A stretch of DNA of 64,000 nt. Origin: Prorocentrum cordatum (lineage: Eukaryota). Under the pieces are notes generated by a model. The model saw only the letters and a program-made list of their open reading frames with translations, was not told the DNA's origin and did no database searches. Of the stretch, positions 11,102-23,134 are shown one piece after another. The stretch's first letter is position 1, and each line of letters opens with the position of its first letter. The translations under genes and the position numbers were made by a program. Location: contig CAUYUJ010000203.1 in NCBI GenBank assembly GCA_963575745.1, forward strand, positions 62,001-126,000, read 5' to 3'.

Positions 11102-12190
11102 ATGTCTCAGGGTGATGGACGGGCCCCGAAGACGAGCAGGCACGCCCAGAAACGTCGTGCTGATGCGACGGATTGGGTATGCCGCTGGTGCGTCCACCCT
11201 GTGTCAGGCGCGGCTTGGTGGAACAGATCGGACAAAGTGTCATGTCAGAAATGTGGTGTCGCCAAGGCCTCTTCCTTCCTGGAGCCTCGGTTCAAGCACA
11301 CGGCGCCGTCGCAGAAGCAGCAGCGTGCCGACCGTGTGGCCTCTGCCGAGCCGCCGCCGCCATGGCATGCACGCAAGCTCGCGGAGCTGGAGAAGCAGCT
11401 GGCGGCGGCGCGGCAGCAGCTGGCCACCGGTGGGAAGACAGAGAGCAACGCAATGGAGGTCGACGTGGAGAGCGGTGAGCTGCCGCCGCAGACTACCGCT
11501 CAGATCCGAGTTCGCCTTGACGAGATCGATGAGGCCATGCGGGCTATCAAAGATCTCAAGGACCCCTGCTTCGAGAAGGCCAGAGAGGACTTTGAGGCGG
11601 AGCGTAAGCGGCTGCGGGTGGACTTGGAGGCGTCCAAGCCAGTGCCTGCGCAGCTGCGATCGTTGTCATTCCAGTCGGCTAAGTGGAATTCCAAGAAGGT
11701 CAAACACGAGGGCCTGTTGGCAGCCGCCAAGCAGGAGTTGCAGAAGCTGCAGGAGACCATCCGCGAGCAGGAGCAGTTGGTGGTCGAGGCCGAGCAGGCC
11801 ATCTTGCAGATTGCAGAGGAACAAACTAGGCTGGCGTCTACGGTGCCGAGGCCTCCACCGTCCTCCACTGAGGCGGGCGAGCTTGTGGCCGCCCTTGGCA
11901 TCACGGTCGACACGCTTGGAGGCATCTTGGCAGGACTCGGAGACGACGGTCAATTGCAAGCGAAATTGGACTCGGCCTTGGAAGAGGTGCGGGTACTTGA
12001 GGAACGTAAGCGACAGGGGCGGGCGGTACCCGAGGCAGCACAGCAGGAGAAGACTGAGCCGCAGCGGGGGGCCGCCCCACCTGACGATGCCAGGTCTGAG
12101 CCTGGGGGAGTCGACGTACCAACACCAGACGACACGGACCTGGAGGAGCTGCGAGCTTTTCTGGGGCGCTGGTGTCGCGGTGCAGCCTGA
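11102..12190 (+). pseudogene. Element 1 ORF1: RanBP2-like C4 zinc finger plus coiled coil
   Basis: WVCRWC...WNRSDKVSCQKC, then E/K/Q/L-rich heptads. Apparent frameshift near 12170; the continuation AAIRGSVRKLAE resembles the ORF1 end of element 3. Confidence 0.75.
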
Positions 12191-12899
12191 GGCCGATGAG
12201 GCAGCGATCCGTGGGAGCGTTCGCAAGTTGGCCGAAGGGCTCAATGAATGGTCCAAGGTCCAGGGCCTGAACCGAGAAGCGAGCCAAGGTCCAGGTCCCC
12301 GCCTAGGGAGGGACGGCCTTCGGCACACACACGTTGTTGCTCTGCGCACTTCTCGGCACGTACTCTGTTTGTATGGTTGATGGCTCTGGTTCGAACAGTG
12401 GGTGCCATGACGTCGCTGGGCACGGTAGCAGGGTCGCTTGCTGCGAATCCACTGTTCCAGGAGCCTGGCGGCAGTGGAGCTGCTGATGTGGTGGCCAGGG
12501 CGCGCTGCCTGGGTCGGAGCGGCGGCGGCAGAGCCAAGGGCCGTGGCAAGGGACTGGGAGGACGAGCCGCGGACGCGCGGGTGGCCGACGCCTCGTCCCA
12601 CGTCCGACCTCCTGCTCGAGACGTCGACGGACGTAGCGCCCCGAGCGGGAGGGCTGCCGCGGCCCAGGCGGGTCCGCGGCCGCTTGACTCCAGGCCCCGA
12701 CATGGTGCTGAGCTGGACGGGCCAAGCCATGGCGCTGGAGGCCTAGTGGCCAAAGGCCGTGGCAAGGGGCGAGCTAGGCGAGCCGCGGACGCGCGGGTGG
12801 TCGATGCCTCGCCTCTCGCCCCTGGGCCCACTCGGGCCGTCGACGGACGGAGCGCAGCCCCGAGTGGGGCCTTGGCCACAGAGCAGGCTGGTAGCAAGG

Positions 12900-15800
12900 G
12901 CAGCATCGCGACGTTGAATTGTTCGTCCGGGAAGCAGCTGCTCGAGTACATGGTGCACTGCAGTCACACAGTGGTCGCGGTGCAAGAACACCATGTTGCT
13001 CCTAATGATCTGGCTGATGCGCAGCACCGTTTGCTGGGCGCGGGCTGGCAAGGCATGTGGGCAGCAGCTAACCCCACTGGGCAATGGCGGCACGCAGGCA
13101 GGGCTAGCTGTATTGGCGAGGCCGAACGTCCTGATAACGCGTGGGCCGCGCCTGAACGGGCAGACCGAGCTGGCTGGTGGTCGAGCGTTGCCTGCCCAAG
13201 TCCACTGGGGAGTTCCTGGAGGAGTGGTGCTGGTCTCAGTGTATATGTGCGTCAATGAGGGTTGGTCAGACAATAACCTACACATCATGCAAGAGGTTAG
13301 CAGTTATTTGGAAAAATTGAATCATGCTGGCTACGATTGGATTGTGGCAGGAGATTTCAATATTGAAGCGTCGCAGTTTGGTGATATGCGGTGGCTGCAC
13401 GGGCTTGGCGGTATGCTTCGGGCTCCAGTTGCGACCGCATGTCGACAAGCTATGCCTGGTAGTTGCATCGACTAGTTCCTCACATCGTCTAACTTGGTGA
13501 CACGTGTTGGGCAGCCGTGCGTACAGGAAGCGACTACCACTTTCCCACACTTGCCTGTGTACATGCCTATCAGTGGTAAGGACATCCAGTTGTATCATCG
13601 TGAACTTCGTGGGCCGCGTTCTGTGCCCAAGCAGCCGAGACCAGGATGTTCGAGGTTCCCATTATGTTGGCATGGAGTGGCACGTCTTATAGATGCCGCG
13701 TGTGACGATAGCAGTTTGCAAGTGGCATGGGATGCAGTGTTGAGCCACATCGAACTGGAGCTGCTTGCCAGGCATGACATCGCTGGTGCCAAGGTCGAGC
13801 CGTTCGTCGGAGCATGTGGCCCCGTCGAGTTCGAGAAGGTCAAGCTGCAGTGGCAACCGCAACAGAAACGTTCATACTTGTCGAAAGCAGCCAATGCGTG
13901 GAGTGTCGCGGCCAGGTGGGCACGACATATGCGTGGGGCGAAGGAAGCGATCACCAACGTCACGGCGTTGGTGAGTCACCAGCAAGAGACAGGCACGTTG
14001 GACACACCCCTTTATCACAAGCTGTCGAACTTGATGATTGAGCTTGGCCGTTTCGTGGCGAAGGTGTTGTCCGAGACGGCCGTGCTTAGCGAGCTCGACA
14101 GCTGGGCGTCTGACGTTTTTCTTTCAGGAATGGAGTTCCTTGTCTATCCAGAATTCGATGCAGTGCTAGATGCGATCGAAGCCAAAGCAGCGGAGCTTGC
14201 TGAGGCACGCAGCCAGAAGACCGCCAAAGCCTGGAGGGACTGGGCGGCAGCTAGCTTCATTAATGGTGCGCGTTTCGCGCATAGGCACACGAGGGGGAGG
14301 GCGTTGCAGGAGGTGGTTAATGCAAATGTGACTGCTCGCACGCCGGCCCAGCCGCATCAGTTAGCCGATAAGGCCATGCGGGAGTGGGACAATATCTGGA
14401 CGATGCATGATGTTGCCGCCCCACAGTTGCCAGCAGAAGCGCAGGACTGGGAAGAGCTCCCACCTTTGACTGTGCTAGACGTGCAGCGCGCCATTCTTCA
14501 GTTTCCATGGGCGACGGGAGTCGGCCAGTTTAGCTTCGCACCCCGCAGTCTTATTTTCCTGAGCAATTCAGGCCTGGCGGCCGTTGCCAAGCTATTCATG
14601 AAGTGTGAAAGTCTCTTGATCTGGCCATCTTGTAGACTGCTGACGCAGCCAGTTCGCCTCCCCAAGGCGTCAGGGGGATGCAGATTGATAGCGCTCTTGA
14701 ACACGCTTCTGAGAGTCTGGGGTAGAGCCCGCAGGCCCATGGCGGCCGCCTGGGAGGTCGAGCATGACCTCGAATGTTTCTGGGGGGCGGGAGCTGGTAG
14801 GTCGAGCTCGGACAGCGCGTTTTCTTTGAATCTTGATGCTGAGATAGCGCGCGGGATAGGAGAGGACAGCCTCACAGTCTTTATCGATATGCTGAAATGC
14901 TATGAGACTGTCATTTTGCAGAGCCTGCTTCACGAGGCTAGGCTGAATCAGTTCCCGATGAGATTAGCATGGATGACGATCCAGACATACTTGCAACCTC
15001 GCTGCCTGCGTGCCTTTGCTTCGCTGCCTGTGCCAGTGCATTCCAATCAGGGAATCCTAGCAGGCTGTTCTTTGGCCACTACAATGCTTCGGGTCCTTTT
15101 GCATAGAAGCCTGCAGGATAGCATGACTATATGCCCCACGGTCAAGCCACGATCTCTGATCGATGACGTGAGCTTCCACTGGACTGGTGAACGGGCCAGG
15201 GTGGGAGAGCACGACGGTCAGGCCAGAGACTTGGCCAATGCAGTTCACAGCTTTTGCCTTAGCGTGAGGCCGCTAGGGTTAGTAGTCCAGCCGAGCAAGT
15301 CAGGGTTCGTTGCGAACACGACTCGAGGTCGATATAGATTCGCTCGATTAGTCAAGCTTCTTCGTATGAGAGCGAAGCGAGCGATGCGCAATTTAGGGCA
15401 CGAGATGCACGGCACTAGGGTCTTGCGTGTGCAAGAAAAGACGCGTCTTAAGAATCTCACGGCTCGTAGGCGCAAAGTGTGGGGATTGAAGCACGCCGCG
15501 GGGGAGGCCGTGAAATCTTTGTGGAGGGCGGGGCTCCTCCCAGCTGGCGGCCATGGCGCTGGAGTGTCTGGGATATCCGGCACGGCTATTCGAAAGCTTC
15601 GAACGTTCGCTGGAGGCATGTGCGGGGCCAAGCCCAAGGCGTCGCTCACTCTGTTTTTAGCAACGCAGCGAGACGACAGGTTCGATTCCATTTTTGATGC
15701 GACGGTTCCTCTGGTGGTTAGGTTTGCTTCGTTCATCTGGGACAATAGGGTCGCGCCTGGGCGGCTCCGTAGAGCATGGGATGCGGTCAAGGCCAAGCTC

Positions 15801-17591
15801 GACCATCGCACCTCGTGGACCAGAGCTCGTGGCCCCATCGGCTCTGTTTGGGTCACGCTTCTGCGAGTGGGTTGGACGATGTTTTTCTCCAACAGTGCTT
15901 GTGGACGATCGAGGTCGCCACGTCGATTTAGTGAGGAATTGCCCAGGTGATGTGAAAGCCTTCTTGGAGGAAGGCCTTCGCCGCTGGCAGGTATATAGGA
16001 TCCTTCAGCACCTTCCCAACAGCCTTGGAGAGAGCTGCTGGAGGAGGGGAATGCGGAAAGCAGTTCTTGCAGTGAGAGACGTTGCGAGGCGAGGCGCCTT
16101 GCGAACGCTCTGGTCGTCAGGAGTTTGGACCCCCGAGCGGTTGCACAGCATAGGTCTTCGCAGTTCCCCGCAGTGTTTCGTGTGCAAGCAGGCGATTGGC
16201 AACGAGTCCCATCAATGGTTCGAGTGCGAAGCCATGTTAGAAGGATTGGACGTGACAGTTCCTGATCGTGTCCTCGAGCTTAGGACGGCCATCAAGGCCA
16301 AGCATAATTCGCAGTCTGGAGCGGATCAATTTTATCTCAGCTTCGGTTTGCCGCCTGAGCCGCCAGCGCTGTCGCCCCCGAGCGACGTGTACCCTGTGAT
16401 GGGATGGGGGGACTGGCGTGGGCGATGGGGGCGGAGGGTGTTCGCGGACGGAAGCGGCCAAGCGTCGTCGATCCCAGAGCTGGCCCGCTGCGGCTGGTCA
16501 GTGGTAGAAGTCGACGATGCGGGCAATGTTTTGCGTGCAATTTTTGGCGCGCCCCCAGGAGCGGTACAGACGGTGCCGCGAGCGGAGCACTACGCAGCGC
16601 TCAAGGCAGTAGAAGTTGCGCAGCAGCCAGCGATTGTCGTTTCAGATCACCTGAATCTGGTGCGAGAGGGGTGTGCTTGGTCGGAGGCAGCTGCCTCGTC
16701 TAGTGGCCGTCGCGCTGCGGTGTGGGAAAACATTCGTCGGATCTGTTCGGAGGCTCCTCCTACCTTCGAGTGGGTCCCAGCCCACGGAGATCTCTCGGCG
16801 GTCTTGGAGGCCCCTGATTGCGATTTTGTCCGTTTCGTTGCGCACGAGTGGGCAGACTTCTTCGCCGAGCGTGGGGCTCTGGTGCACTCTACAGGCCAGA
16901 CCATGCAGGACTATTATATGCAAGCCATGAAGGCGGCCAAGGACCATTCCCATGTGTTTGCATGGATGGCCCAAGCAGCCGCCAAAAAGAAGGTGGAGCT
17001 CCAGCCCAGGGAAGTTGTGCCGTCTCAGGTCTGTCGTGTCGTCACCACCCCCCTGGTTGTGCTGGACTCGCATGAACTTCGATATTGCGAGAGCCTGTCA
17101 GAAAACAGGTGCCTGAATTGTAACAGGTTCGCGAGGACTCCCGACTCCTTAAGGCCCTTCGAGCGAGGCGATGCGAGCCCACGGATCTCCTGCGAGCGAT
17201 GGCGACGCGTTATTTCGCCCTCACCCCCGAGCGCTATCGGCACGCCTCGCTTGCGGCGGACGCCGCCGTGCGCGCTGCAGGCCTTGATGAAGGCCCAGGG
17301 CCCCCTGGAGGCCCGCCTGCGGGAGGGGGAGTGGGGGCTAACGTCGTCGCCGTCGGGGTCGATCGGGAGGTGGAATTGTATTCGGAACTTGGCCACGGTG
17401 TGGAGCGTTTCGGTTCCACGGTCATCTGCCTCTGCTGTGGGGCTTTCAGTGTGGCTGGAGGCCGCATCCGCAAGCTGCGTGCCCAGTGCAAGGGGCACTC
17501 GGACGTAGCTTCCACGCGTGCGAACGAGGAGATGCAGATCTCCCGTGCGTTGCGCGGGCTGCACCCCCGATCGGGGGACCCTTGCCCATGA
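12900..17591 (+). pseudogene. Element 1 ORF2: EEP/APE endonuclease, RT, RNase H, C-terminal Cys-rich region (disrupted)
   Basis: EEP: IATLN, VAVQEHH, WIVAGDFN, CID*F. RT: LPKASGGCRLIAL, FIDMLKCYE, GILAGC, LIDD, MRNLG. CFVC..ESHQWFEC. RNase H: VFADGS, RAEHYA, VVSDH, WVPAH, ADFFA. C-terminus CLCCG...LRGLHP. Confidence 0.9.
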
Positions 17592-18219
17592 TGCCCTCGA
17601 CGCCAGGTCTCCTCCGTCGGCCTTCCGACGCGGCGGGGACGGCGCTGTCGAGGACTAGCGGCACGGTGCGATGGCTCGTGGCCTCGCCGTGTTGCTTCCA
17701 ACTTCCTTCCCGCTGAAGCGGGTCCGCACGCTCGGACTCGCTCTTCATCGCTCGCTGCCTCCTCCTAAGACTCCTTCCTCCTCCTCCTCCTCCCCCCTCC
17801 TCCTCCTCCTCCTCCTCCTCCTTCTCCTTCTTTTCCTCCATCTCAGACCTCCTTCCTCCTCCCTCCCTCCTCCTCCCTCCTCCTCCTCCTAAGACTCCTT
17901 CCTCCTCCCTCCCTCCCTCCCTCCCTCCCTCCCCTCCCTCCCTCCCTCCCTCTCTCCCCCCCTCCTCCCCCAGAGACGAACCGAAAGCAAACTGCCAGAA
18001 ACATATGGACACACACACACAGACACCGATATAAATGCACACGCACACACATCCCAGGATTCCGTTCTATATCCCCCCATTTGTTCTTGACGTTCGTCTT
18101 CCCCCCAGTCCCCATCATGATTCCCAGGCCTTCCCCGGGAATCGACGATCATTTGTGACTGCGTCCTTTCCTCTTCCCTCCGAATTTGCGTTGAAGAAAA
18201 TACAAGGAAAATAAACGTT

Positions 18220-18360
18220 TGGCGCTCCGCGCGGACTCTTTTGGATCTGCGCTGGGCCCCCTCGGCGGCGCCTCCAGCTCCGCCCCTGGCGCGCTCCGCG
18301 CGCCAGAGAGGGGGGGGGGTGTCCGGCGCAGATCCAAGAAATCCGCGCAGAACGCCACAA
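18220..18360. repeat. Abundant fold-back repeat with core gcgccgcccctggcgcgctccgcgcgcca (also ~7657, 8420, 30935, 31340, 35065, 54240)
   Basis: Inverted arms gcgctccgcgcgga..ggatctgcgc / gcgcagatcc..tccgcgc.ga.cgcc recur across the window. Confidence 0.7.
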
Positions 18361-18959
18361 GTTTTTGTTTATTGTTTTTGATTCGTCTTCTACGCGAGCG
18401 GGGAAGGAGGAAGAAAGCACACAGATAATGATCGTCGATTCCCGGAGAAGGTATGTGAACAATCATTGGTTGTGGGGGGAGGAGGGAGCGAGAGGTGTGA
18501 GACACGGGGTGCTGTCTCTTCAAAACGTGAGAGTGCAAGCGCAGCCCTGGTAAAAGGGGTGGGGCTGACAGGCGCCCCGTATTGGAGCACAAACCAGAAA
18601 TCGGAGCTTTGGGAATCAAGCGCTCAAACGCTCCTCCTGCTCCTCCCGAGTCCAGGATCGATCGGTGTACTTACACTGTTGCTGGGCTCAGGTTGGGCCC
18701 TACCAGAGGCGAGGGAACTCTGCAGATCTCGCCGCCCTACGGCAGGCCGAAGAGGGGACATCTTCCGATGCCGACACGCCCCTCCCCCGTGCTCGCCCTG
18801 CCCGGCCTCCCTTGTCTCCACGGCTTGGTCCGCCTCGGCGTCCTGGTCGGAGCACGCCGCGTGAGAGGTCTAGGGAGCAGCGGCATCGGCAGATGCATGG
18901 ACATAGACAGGTAGATATGTGTATATAAGACGTGTATATATATACATACATACTCACAT

Positions 18960-20000
18960 ATTGAATCGCTTCGCTCATTCCGCCGGCCCGTGATATGGCA
19001 TCGCTGGTTTTTGTCTGTGTGTTCGTTGCCCATGTTGCGCTCTTGGGGGCGGGTGTCGTTCGGACGCGTTGCGTGGGGAGTTTTGATGGTGAAGCAGTTC
19101 CCTGGGGGTCGTCTCTCGATGGGGCGAAATAGAGTCGTCGTCAAGATGCTTCTTTGGGGGGCCTCTTGGGGTCTGTTGAGAGGCCGTTCGGGGGCGCCTG
19201 GGAGACATGTTTGAAGCCTTCTGGGGCTTCTTTTGGGCCTCCTGGGAGTCTCCTGGGGCCTCTTGGCGACATCTTGGGGCCTCTTGGAGGCCTCTTGGGG
19301 CCTCTTTGGGACCTCCTGGGCGCCTTCTGGGACGGAGGGCTCCATTTTTGAGTTCTCGGTATCCCTCCTGAGTCCCTCTTGGGCCCGTCTTGGGGCCTCT
19401 TGGTCCGTCTTGGGCGGCACTTGGGCCGTCTTGAGGGCTCTCTTGGGTCGTTTCGGCGCCGTCTTGGGAGCTTCGTGGGCCGTCTTGGAGCGGTCTTGGG
19501 GGCCTCTTGGGCCGTCTTGGAGCGTCCGGAAGCCGAAAAAGCCAGAACACAAAAAACATAGAAAAAACCAATGAAAATCAACGATTTTGGCCTCTTGGGG
19601 CTCTCTTCGGAGGCCTCTTGGAAGGCTCTTGGGGCGTCTTGGAGGCCTCTTGGGCTGTCTTGGGGGCCTTTTGGGCCGTCTTGGGGTCATCTTCGGCGTC
19701 TTCGAGCGCTCTTTGGGCGTCTCGGGGGCCTCTTGGGCAGTCTTGGGGGCCTCTTGGGGCACTCTGAGCGCGCTCTGGGGAGCCTGAGAGGCCGCACCCA
19801 GAAGGAAAACCATCTCTGAGTAGACTTGGTCGGGCGGCGGTCGGGTCGGGCGGCGGGCGGCGACCGGGCGTTGGTCGGGGTACTTTTCGCCGGGGGACCC
19901 CCAGGGGCCGCCCCGCGCGCGCGAACTAGAAATACTGTTAATACTGTTAACCAGTTACCGGAGATCTTAGCACGCCCTGGCCCGTTGGGCCGGCGAATTT
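18960..20000. repeat. Element with degenerate ~11-bp (GGCCTCTTGG/GGCCGTCTTGG) satellite core
   Basis: Same core at ~21290-22400, 23760-24720, 25370-25700, 28920-29520, 36060-36420 and 42410-43200. Head attga..gcttcgctcattccgccggccc is also at 28844. Confidence 0.75.
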
Positions 20001-23000
20001 ATAGACTCATATCTATACACATATACACACATATATAGATATACTCTCAAGGAGGGCAGGTGAGGCAGGATCGGATCGGACCGCCCGTCCACGAAGGAGG
20101 GGTCAAGCCCCTGCTGCTGGGCGTGCGCCGAGCTCAAGTGAGCTCGACGGTCGGGGCTGACCCTCGGAGAGGCCAGGGACGGTCCCGGGATCAAAGCCCC
20201 GAGGACAGAGCTCGGGAGCGGGGGAGGGAGGATTCAGCGCGCCCGGTCCAGCGCGCCCCTGGAGCGGGCCCCCGAGCGGGCCCCTGGGCACGAGTGGGCT
20301 TCGCGGGGAGCTCGCTACGAATGCCATGGCGGCGCGTCAGCCAGCAGCCGCTGCGCGCTTCTACCCAGGGCGGACACCAGGAGCGACGCCTCGCCCGACC
20401 CCTCCTGTGGGGCGCATGTCCTCGAGCGGACCCCCCGGGATACGGCGGACGAGCCCGGCCGACGTCCGCCGCTTCCCCAGCCCGGGGCGCGGGCGGAGCG
20501 AGCAGCCCGTCGCCCCCCCCCCCCGCTGCTGCATGTTCGAGGCGCCGGGCTCGGGGAGGTGCTGTGCCCGCTGCGGCCTCTGGGGGCCGCTGGCTGCAGG
20601 GTCGGAGACCGCAGCAGATGGGACCCTGGAGGGGTCCGGGGGCAGATTTCGTGCGGATTTGGGCCTCGTCCCCCCCTTTTCCTGGCTGATTTGGTCTGGA
20701 GCCCCAACCACTTCGGACCACCCAGGCGCCTGCATACATCTCCCACCCGGAGGCTTCAAGTGCCCGCGATACATCTCCCACCCGGAGGCTTCAAGTGCCC
20801 GCGATCGTGGGCATGGTCGGGAGGGAAACAAACCGTCTCGATGGCACGCGCCGCCGGCGGGAGCCCGTTCGCGTGACGCTCCTTTCGTCTTCTGCCCGAA
20901 GGCAGTGTGCTTCTGCAGCAGTGGAGCGCTGATGGGCTCCCCACGACGTCGTGTCCGCGATGCTGTTTTTGCTCCCCCGAGTGGGCCTGCTTCGCGCACG
21001 TGTTTCCGCTCACGCTCGCGGGATGCTGTAGGAGGCGGCCCTGGCGAACAGGGGGCTATGGAGCGCCCGACAAGATTCCCAGAGCTGCCTTGCGAGTTAC
21101 GGGGAGTCGTGGCCCCTGCGTTCTATCCATATCGAAGACGCCTACGGCGAGTCACCGTCGCCCCCTGCCTTTGTGGAAGCGCCTATGTGGCCGAACGTTG
21201 AGGCCAGACCTGCCAAGCTATCGGACCATGTGTTCCCCGAATCGGTTTGGAAAGCCTTCGGGGAACACGTGGGCATCTTGAAGGTCCTCTTGGCCGCATC
21301 GAGGTCATTTTGACCCTTTTGGGCTTCTTGGAGGACGTCTTGGAGGGCTCTTGAGCCGTCTTGGAGGCCATCTTGCGTCTTGGAGGCCTCTTGGGCCGTC
21401 TTGGGGGCCTCGTGGGGCAGTCTTGGGCCTCTTGGGCGATCTTTGGGGGCACTTGGGTCGTCTCGGGCCGTCGGAAGACCGAACAACAAGCAAATGCCAC
21501 AATCCTTCAAAAACTCGCTGGAAATCCATAATTTTGGCCTCTTCGGGCCTTCCTGGAGCCCTCTTGGAGGGCTCTTGGGCCATCTTAGGGCCATATTCGG
21601 CCGTTTTGGTGGGCCCTGGCCCGTCCGACGCCGTCGAAAGCCGTTTGGGGGGCCTCTCTGAGCCGACTTGGGGCCCTCTTGGAATGCTCCCGTCTTGGAG
21701 GCCATCTTGGGCGTCTTAAAAGGCCTCCTGGGCCGTCTTGGGGGCCTCTCGGGGCCGTCTTTGGGGCCTCGAGGGCCGTTCTGGGGCCATCTTGGAGGCC
21801 TCTTGGGCGATTCGGGTCGTCGGAAGACCGGAACGAAGCAAATGTCAACATCCTTCAAACACTTATGGAAAATAAGTGTTTTTGGTCTTTTCGGGCCTTC
21901 CTGGAGGCCCTCTTAGAGGCCTCTTGGGCCGTCTTGGGCCATCTTAGGGCCATATTCGGCCATCTTGGTGGGCTCCTGGCCCGTCTGACGCCGTCGGAAT
22001 CCGTTCGGGGAGCCTTTCTGGGCCGACTTGGAGCCCTCTTGGGGTGCTCCAGGGCCGTCTGAGGCCATCTTGGAGGCCTCTTGGGCGCTGTGGGGGCGAT
22101 CTTGGGGGCTTCTTGGGCCGTCTTGGGTCGTCGGAAAGCCGAGAAGAAGCGAATGCCAAAGTCGTTCAACAACCTAAAGAAAATCAATGATTTGGGCCTC
22201 TTCGGGCCCTCCTGGAGGAGCTCTTGGAGGCATCTTGGGCCGTCTTGGAGGCCTCTGGGGGGCCTCTTGGGCCGTCTTGGACTCTTGGGCCGTCTTGGAC
22301 CATCTTGGGCGAACTTGGAGGCCATCTTGGGCCATCTTGGAGGCCATCTTGGGCCGACATGGCAATCTTGGAGGCCATATTGAGCCGTCTTGGAGAATTT
22401 TGTGTGGACGCTGAGGTAGTTTACGCGGCCTTCAGGGACCCCGGCGGAACGGGCCGAAGCCCCAGGGGGAGTTCTATTTGGAAAAAGAACCAGCACCAAA
22501 ACCGAGAGGATCCAGCACGCCAGGCACCCCTGCGAGGAATCGACAGGGGGCGACGGATCCGAATGGCCTTCGGCCCATCCCGCCACCGTGCCTGGACTGT
22601 GGGTCAGAGACCTTTTGAGTGTTTGTTGTGGTCTCGTGGTAGGTCCCTTGGGGGGTCTCTTGGAAGCAGTTTTTGACGACTCTCGTGTTGTCCAGCAAGC
22701 ACCCGTTGAGTCAGATCCTCTGCTTGGATGAAGACGTGTTGCAACTGATTGCGATGTGGACGTGTTTTTGGTCGACTTGGGGCCCCGTTGGGGCTGTTGG
22801 AGGTTCTCTTGGCCTGTATCGGGTCTTTTGGCAGCGTTGGGTCAGAATGGAGGCTTCTTTGGATATAATGGAAGGTTCCTGGGTGCCGTTTGGGCAACGT
22901 GGCCTTTCCTGGTGAGGGGATGAGATCGAAGTGAAAATGATCCTGCGTTTCCCAGAATCAAGTCTTGCGTCGTACAGATGCGCGGTGGATGAGGATGGCC

Positions 23001-23134
23001 ACGTCGGACTTCTGCCGAAGCGAGGAGAATCGAGAATCCGGGTTCTCGCACTTCTTCCGCGCCCAGCGCATGGAAGAGCAGATCGAACGAGATTGGTGCC
23101 GCGCGAGTGGCATCTGAGTCATGATGTCTTGGAA

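Larger units (their letters stand above)
10901..17757 (+). mobile_element. Full-length degenerate non-LTR retrotransposon (element 1) with SL at its 5' end
   Basis: 16-bp TSD CCTCCTCCTAAGACTC at 10884-10899 and 17758-17773. SL at 10901-10922. ORF1 and ORF2 with EEP, RT and RNase H motifs. Several frameshifts and an in-frame stop at 13473. Confidence 0.92.

Noticed and set aside
13494..15950. Prokaryotic RT system (retron, group II intron, DGR) or an intact active element
   Set aside because: EEP-RT-RNase H order, ORF1, TSDs and eukaryotic context indicate a non-LTR retrotransposon. Frameshifts and stops indicate inactive copies, unless they are sequencing errors.
18737..22676. P/K/R/Q-rich and W/G/L-rich ORFs
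   Set aside because: Translations of the degenerate GGCCTCTTGG satellite.
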